Assembly: GCF_000025505.1 (NCBI RefSeq) | Contig: NC_013849.1 | Span: forward strand, 90,001 to 122,000 | DNA from: Ferroglobus placidus DSM 10642 | GTDB taxonomy: Archaea; Halobacteriota; Archaeoglobi; Archaeoglobales; Archaeoglobaceae | Direction: 5' to 3' | DNA: 32,000 nt | In this document: positions 27,354-32,000 of the stretch, in pieces | Numbering within the stretch: position 1 is the stretch's first letter | Layout of the letters: every line of letters starts with the position of its first letter | Notes under the pieces: generated by a model | Told to the model about the DNA's origin: nothing | Database searches by the model: none | What the model saw: the letters and a program-made list of their open reading frames with translations, nothing else | Position numbers and translations under genes: made by a program

Positions 27354-28164
27354 CTTGTTCATTTTAATTAAAAAGGAGCTTTCAGACTCTTTGAGAAACA
27401 AGTGGCTTACTTCTTATGCTGTGATGTACATGCTAATAGCTCTTGGTTTATCCTACTTCTCCCTCCTCGGCATAAGTGGTCTTGGATTGAAAGCTTTGGG
27501 AAGAATCACAGCAAGCTTGATTAATCTCACGATATTTTTGACGCCGCTCGCATCTCTGATGCTTGGGGCTACAAGCATAGTCAGTGAAAGAGAAGCGGGA
27601 TCGCTGGAGTGGCTACTCTCTCAGCCGGTGAGCAGAAGATCCGTAATACTTGGCAAGTTCTTGGGATTAACTTTGGCTATTTCCATTGCAACAGCTTTAG
27701 GATACGGATTTGCCGGACTATTTCTATCGATGCAGCTCCCTTCCGAAGATCTGCCGAAGTATCTGGGCTTAATACTCATATCCTCAGCTTTAGCGGCTGT
27801 CGGAGTTGCTATAGGAATCTTCGTCTCCATAACCTCCCGAGGTAGATTTGAGGCTCTGGCAACCTCACTTTTGCTTTGGCTGACTTGGGTCATAATCTAC
27901 GACCTCCTTGTCATGGGAGCGAGCATAGCTTTTGGATTGACATATCTAACGATTTTCCTTCTCCTCGTTTTAAATCCAGTAGAAAGCTCAAGGCTTTTAA
28001 TGGCGTACATAATAGACCCGACTCTGAGCTTTCTCGGCTTAACTGGGATGCTTGCTGCAAGAGAAATCGAAAACTTACCGCTGTTCTTGGCAAGCGTCGT
28101 CTTTGCGTGGTGTTTGCTGCCTTTAATAGCCTCGTTCAAACTCTTTGAGAAGAAAGACGTGTGA
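27346..28164 (+). CDS. nosY: NosY-type ABC-2 permease (likely start TTG at 27355 because GGAGGTGA overlaps the GTG)
   Basis: 272 aa; FILIKKELSDSLRNKWL...GISGLG...SIVSEREAGSLEWLLSQPVSRRSVILGKFLG. Confidence 0.88.
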   Translation: MSDLFILIKKELSDSLRNKWLTSYAVMYMLIALGLSYFSLLGISGLGLKALGRITASLINLTIFLTPLASLMLGATSIVSEREAGSLEWLLSQPVSRRSVILGKFLGLTLAISIATALGYGFAGLFLSMQLPSEDLPKYLGLILISSALAAVGVAIGIFVSITSRGRFEALATSLLLWLTWVIIYDLLVMGASIAFGLTYLTIFLLLVLNPVESSRLLMAYIIDPTLSFLGLTGMLAAREIENLPLFLASVVFAWCLLPLIASFKLFEKKDV

Positions 28165-28170
28165 TCGAAT

Positions 28171-28842
28171 ATGCCGGGGATGAAGGAAGTTGTGATCAAG
28201 ATGAAAATGACCCCCCACACTTGGGTTAGAAAGATAATATCAGAGGATCCGCTTCAAGTGAGAATTCTCGACTGCAGATCTATTCAAGGAAAAGATGGTG
28301 TGATAGAGCTATTTGAAATTAGAACGGAAGGTAAGAATGTTGATAAGATAATCGAGAAGCTGAAGAAATGCAGCGAAATTTACGACTTGGAAATTCTCGA
28401 TAAAGATTACAGGAGAGGAGAAATCGTAGGGACGCTCAAAACAACTCATTGTGACGTTTGCAAGCATTTCACACACTTACCGGACTGCTTTCTCGGTTCT
28501 GCAGATTACGAGCTGAAAGATGGCTACGTTTACTGGAAACTACTTTTAACTAACGAAGATTTGAAGCTTTTACTCAAAAAGTTCGAAGAGATGGGAGTGG
28601 AGATAGAAATAGAGGAGATGTCAAGCTATGAACATCATGAAGACTCTCTGACGGTGAAGCAGGAGCAGATAGTCAAGCTCGCTTGGGAAATGGGATACTT
28701 CGACACTCCAAGGAAGATAAGTCTCAAGAAACTATCAGAAATTCTTGGCATATCCACACCAACCCTTTCGGAAATTCTGAGGAGGGGTTTGAGAAAAATT
28801 GTGAAGGACTATTTTGAGAAGGTAAGTAGGAGGAAGAGGTAA
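28171..28842 (+). CDS. HTH_10 (bacterio-opsin activator-like) transcriptional regulator with Cys cluster
   Basis: 223 aa; C-terminal LTVKQEQIVKLAWEMGYFDTPRKISLKKLSEILGISTPTLSEILRRGLRKIV; central THCDVCKHFTHLPDC. Confidence 0.85.
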   Translation: MPGMKEVVIKMKMTPHTWVRKIISEDPLQVRILDCRSIQGKDGVIELFEIRTEGKNVDKIIEKLKKCSEIYDLEILDKDYRRGEIVGTLKTTHCDVCKHFTHLPDCFLGSADYELKDGYVYWKLLLTNEDLKLLLKKFEEMGVEIEIEEMSSYEHHEDSLTVKQEQIVKLAWEMGYFDTPRKISLKKLSEILGISTPTLSEILRRGLRKIVKDYFEKVSRRKR

Positions 28843-28843
28843 G

Positions 28844-29503
28844 CTAAATTAAACCGAGAAACTCAAGAGCTTCAACAACTCCGTCTCCGTTTGGCTTGGA
28901 GGTGACGACATCTGCGACTCTCTTCAGTCTTACGTCAGCGTTAGCTACAGCAACTCCTATTCCAGCAACTTCGAACATGTCTATGTCGTTTTCCGAATCT
29001 CCTATGGCAACGATCTCTTCGAGCTTTATTCCTAATTTTTCCGCTATGAATTTCAACGCCTTTCCCTTACTCACTTCTCTGTCGGTGATGTGGTAGGCAA
29101 AGCCCGAATCGATTATTCTCACGTCTTCGGGAAGAAGCTTTTTAGCTTCGTCTATCGGAAAAGTTCTCCTCAAGCAGACTTCCGATTTTCTGTAATCGTC
29201 GTCGAGCAGCTCAACCCTATAGTGCTTTTTGAGAATTTCCACGGCTTTTAAGCACTTGCTCTTATCTCCGAGAATTATGTCCTCTCCATCGTAATCAAAT
29301 CTAACGACTCCTCCGTTTTCGCAGATAGCTATGTCCGAAACTCCTATGAGCTTGGCAGCCGTTCTTGCGAAGCAGGAGATGTTTCCAGTTGCTAAAATTA
29401 TCGTAGCGTCGACTTTTCTCAGAGCTTCGACGGCTTTGCAGTTCAGACTTCTGTCTTTGTAAGTGAGAGTTCCGTCGATGTCTACTGCTATCGCTTTTAT
29501 CAT
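28844..29503 (-). CDS. pgp: Archaeal-type phosphoglycolate phosphatase, HAD superfamily
   Basis: 219 aa; AVDIDGTLTYKDRSL, ATGNISCFARTAAKLIG, GKALKFIAEKLG, VAIGDSENDIDMFEVAG. Confidence 0.9.
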   Translation of the reverse strand: MIKAIAVDIDGTLTYKDRSLNCKAVEALRKVDATIILATGNISCFARTAAKLIGVSDIAICENGGVVRFDYDGEDIILGDKSKCLKAVEILKKHYRVELLDDDYRKSEVCLRRTFPIDEAKKLLPEDVRIIDSGFAYHITDREVSKGKALKFIAEKLGIKLEEIVAIGDSENDIDMFEVAGIGVAVANADVRLKRVADVVTSKPNGDGVVEALEFLGLI

Positions 29504-29554
29504 CGCTGTGAAGTTTTCGAAACGTATTAATAACTTTTAGCTTTCCCGAAAAAC

Positions 29555-30388
29555 ATGATTCCAGGATTGAACTTTGACAGAATCGTTCTAATCGGCAGCA
29601 TTTTCTATTCGAGGCATGCGATAGTTGAAGATCACAACAAAGGAATCTTCAACAGAGAAAAAGCGGAGGAGCTGATAAACAAGCAAGAGGAGCTGGCTGA
29701 TAAGTATCAGATTTCTTCAACTCTCGACGTTGTGGCTGAAACCGGAGAGGCTATGGTGAAGTACCTCGATTTCATCTTAGATCTTTACGACAAGCCGATA
29801 ATTCTTGATGGCTACGTTGAAGCGAGAGTTGCCGGATTGAAGTACGTTATCGAACACGGAGTTTCCGACAAAATAATTTACAACTCCATAAATCCGATTA
29901 ACACGAAAGAAGAGCTTGAGCTGATAAAGGAGGCTAAGATAAAGTACGCGGTCATTTTTGATTACGACCCCTCCTACACGACTCCGCCAAGAAGGCTTGC
30001 TTTGCTGACTGGAGATGGAAGAAAAGAGGGATTGATTCAGAAGGCAAAGAAATTGGGGATCAAAGAGATGCTAATCGACGTGGTTCCGACGGACATTAAA
30101 AGCTTGGGAGAAGTTATCGAAACTCTCCTCCTCGTTAAAGCAACTTATTCGTATCCTGCTGGCTGTGGACCGGCTAACGTCTCCTACTACATGGCGGAGT
30201 ACCTAAAAAAGGAGCTCGACACGAAAGTTCTCGTTAGCAGCGTTGACAGCGTTGCCCAGCTTTTCAGCGACTTCCTTTTCTACGGACCTATTGAGAGAAG
30301 TGAAATAGCTTTCGAAAGCGCATTTATAGTTGAGGAGGTTAAGGAAGGTTTGAGCACTCCTATATACAAAATGGTGGTGTCGAGATGA
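29555..30388 (+). CDS. MtrH-like (tetrahydromethanopterin S-methyltransferase subunit H family) methyltransferase
   Basis: 277 aa; VLIGSIFYSRHAIVEDHNKGIFNREKAEELINKQEEL, SSTLDVVAETGEAMVKYLDFI, ILDG, YNSINP. Confidence 0.75.
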   Translation: MIPGLNFDRIVLIGSIFYSRHAIVEDHNKGIFNREKAEELINKQEELADKYQISSTLDVVAETGEAMVKYLDFILDLYDKPIILDGYVEARVAGLKYVIEHGVSDKIIYNSINPINTKEELELIKEAKIKYAVIFDYDPSYTTPPRRLALLTGDGRKEGLIQKAKKLGIKEMLIDVVPTDIKSLGEVIETLLLVKATYSYPAGCGPANVSYYMAEYLKKELDTKVLVSSVDSVAQLFSDFLFYGPIERSEIAFESAFIVEEVKEGLSTPIYKMVVSR

Positions 30389-31842
30389 TAGAAGAAGTTC
30401 TGAAAGAATCTCTGAAGTTGCAGGAAGAAGCAGTTAAGGCTATAGAAACCCACAGGTTTGAGGAGTTCAAGATCGTTCACGCGGAAAAGTTTGTAGAGGC
30501 TGTTAGGGAAATGAAGGTAAAAGATGGACAGAACGAAAACGCTCTCAACCTCTACAGAATGAGCCTGATAAACCACTACGAAATCTTGAAAAGCTTAACC
30601 GAAAGCGTGTCTCCGATGGAATCGGCTTTTCTCGAGTGGATGCAAACTCCGGTTGTGATGGAAATCCTTTACAGCCTGGACTCTTCTTTCAGAGAAGCCG
30701 CTGAAAGAGTTGCGAAGGTAATTGAGGAGAGCGACGATATCATTTCCCTCGAAGCTATGAGAATCGCCAACGGCTTTTACGGAGTGACTTCGGCAAAGGA
30801 CTTTGCCGCTATTCCCGGCTCAACTCTCTCGGTTTTGGCAAAAATTGTCGAGAGGGCAGATGTAGAGAGAGACTACGCAAAAGCGTTTTTATCAGCAAAG
30901 TCGTGGGGGTTGAACACTTCCTACATCTTCGGCAACGAGTTTTTGAAAGTTTTTAAGGAAACGAAGAGCTTTGAAAAAGCTGTAGAGGCTGAGAAAAAAG
31001 CTATGAAGAGAATGTTGCTCGAGCCGGTAAAGCTTCAGAGGGAAATAATGCTTTCCTACGGATTCAAATCCTTCGATCCGGCAGATTATATGAGAATTTA
31101 CAGAGAAAAGATGGAAAATGTCGTAAATGATTCTCTCGACGAAGTTCACGTAGCAAACATCGTCATGCTGCCAACCCATGTAGGAGATGTCGGACACCAC
31201 ATAGGCTGGCAGTACTACTACATCTGCAGAGATGAGATGTGCATGGAGCTTTTAAGAGTGCACTTGGCTTTCCTCAAAAGGAACCTCCGAAGAGCGTTTG
31301 AGGAAGGTTTGATGAAGAGCGTTTTCGACGTCTCTTACTTTGCCACCGGACTTTCCGCTTTACTAATATACAAACTTCTGTTCGACGAAGGATTTACAGC
31401 AGAGATGCTCACGAGACTATTCACGGAAAGGTTTTACAACTACGTGATGCTCAATCAGTTTGATAGAAACGTCGTTAACGAGCTTCACGTCAACGACCTT
31501 CTCGATTTCGCTTTTCGCGGGCAGAGATTGGCTGAAAAGGGGTGGAAGATTGGAAAACTCGAAGTGGATTTTTCAGACTACGAAAACTCCTTCCTGCAGA
31601 GGGGTGAATACTACGCTTATCCCTTCTGCGCAATAACGACAAAATTCGCAACTTTGATGAGGTTTGCAGACATGCCTTGTTTACTCGCTCCCGAGCCAAT
31701 AAGCATAGCAACTCTCGTAAATGCTGTGGCGTTATCTCCGGAAAAGCCCTTCGCTCCCGTAAGTTTATGCAAGAACTGCGCAACAGCCCACGTCCAGCCG
31801 GCTAAGTGCATGCACTGCTTAAGCAAAAACCTCAAAATTTAA
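30385..31842 (+). CDS. Uncharacterised archaeal protein (possibly DUF2193-type) with C-terminal C-x2-C...C-x2-C motif, cotranscribed with MtrH-like gene
   Basis: 485 aa; overlaps upstream gene by 4 bp; conserved-looking PTHVGDVGHHIGWQYYYICRDE and terminal LCKNCATAHVQPAKCMHCLSKNL. Confidence 0.55.
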   Translation: MIEEVLKESLKLQEEAVKAIETHRFEEFKIVHAEKFVEAVREMKVKDGQNENALNLYRMSLINHYEILKSLTESVSPMESAFLEWMQTPVVMEILYSLDSSFREAAERVAKVIEESDDIISLEAMRIANGFYGVTSAKDFAAIPGSTLSVLAKIVERADVERDYAKAFLSAKSWGLNTSYIFGNEFLKVFKETKSFEKAVEAEKKAMKRMLLEPVKLQREIMLSYGFKSFDPADYMRIYREKMENVVNDSLDEVHVANIVMLPTHVGDVGHHIGWQYYYICRDEMCMELLRVHLAFLKRNLRRAFEEGLMKSVFDVSYFATGLSALLIYKLLFDEGFTAEMLTRLFTERFYNYVMLNQFDRNVVNELHVNDLLDFAFRGQRLAEKGWKIGKLEVDFSDYENSFLQRGEYYAYPFCAITTKFATLMRFADMPCLLAPEPISIATLVNAVALSPEKPFAPVSLCKNCATAHVQPAKCMHCLSKNLKI

Positions 31843-31848
31843 AAAATA

Positions 31849-31860
31849 AATTTTTTTTTT
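31849..31860 (+). terminator. Oligo-T tract, candidate archaeal terminator between convergent genes
   Basis: Run of T after the stop of 30385..31842, in the short gap before the convergent ferredoxin gene. Confidence 0.5.
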
Positions 31861-31867
31861 TGGAGCG

Positions 31868-32000
31868 TCATTCTATCGTTATCGCTCCAGCGGGACAGCT
31901 TTCTGCAGCTTCCTGGCAGCAGTCGATATTAGCTTCGCAATCTCCAACGACTCTACTTATCCCGTTCTCGTCGAGCTTAAAAACTTCCGGACAGATCTCC
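31868..32000 (-). CDS. Ferredoxin (partial, C-terminal part; 5' end beyond window)
   Basis: Reverse-strand translation EICPEVFKLDENGISRVVGDCEANIDCCQEAAESCPAGAITIE-stop. Confidence 0.85.
   Translation of the reverse strand, partial: EICPEVFKLDENGISRVVGDCEANIDCCQEAAESCPAGAITIE

Noticed and set aside
827-31835. Many opposite-strand or shadow ORFs of 60-150 aa (for example 827..1204 +, 2969..3358 -, 13378..13740 -, 16009..16197 +, 30892..31200 -)
   Set aside because: They lie inside strongly supported genes, have no domain-like content and look like antisense shadows of the coding strand.
1-32000. CRISPR array or defence island
   Set aside because: No regularly spaced direct repeats and no cas or defence-type genes were seen.
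1-32000. Mobile elements, transposases, integration scars, tRNA or rRNA genes
   Set aside because: No transposase-like ORF, terminal repeats or recognisable tRNA/rRNA sequence was found by eye; a tRNAscan run would be needed to exclude tRNAs formally.

Overview
This 32 kb window is archaeal. TATA-like promoters, oligo-T tracts, archaeal-type proteins and gene content suggest a denitrifying member of the Archaeoglobales, perhaps Ferroglobus-like (inference). From left to right it holds: an aconitase-X type enzyme (large subunit plus the 5' end of the small subunit); an APC permease with UspA-like domains; a second, disrupted APC permease with a C-terminal nucleotidyltransferase-like domain; tatC; trkA/trkH; pyrB-pyrI plus an ACT-domain protein; an RHH regulator; molybdate/tungstate ABC transporter genes; a Tat-exported molybdopterin oxidoreductase operon (catalytic, 4x[4Fe-4S], NrfD, NarJ/TorD-like and ModA-like); a two-cupredoxin (CuA-like) plus NapH/NosR-like Fe-S operon; and a nitrous oxide reductase cluster (nosZ, nosL, a 193-aa membrane protein, nosD, nosF, nosY and a Cys-rich HTH_10 regulator). 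It ends with a phosphoglycolate phosphatase, an MtrH-like protein paired with an uncharacterised Cys-containing protein, and a partial ferredoxin. The strongest observations are: (a) a 14-bp dyad CCTAA-N4-TTAGG upstream of all three respiratory transcription units; (b) the second APC permease, which carries both an apparent 1-bp start-proximal frameshift and an in-frame TGA, and ends in a GSHARG...DVDLL nucleotidyltransferase motif; (c) the two differently spaced CuA-type proteins flanking a polyferredoxin membrane protein; (d) the mosaic Mo-enzyme operon; (e) the Cys-rich HTH_10 gene at the end of the nos cluster; (f) the MtrH plus unknown-protein pair. I found no CRISPR array, tRNA, rRNA or mobile element.
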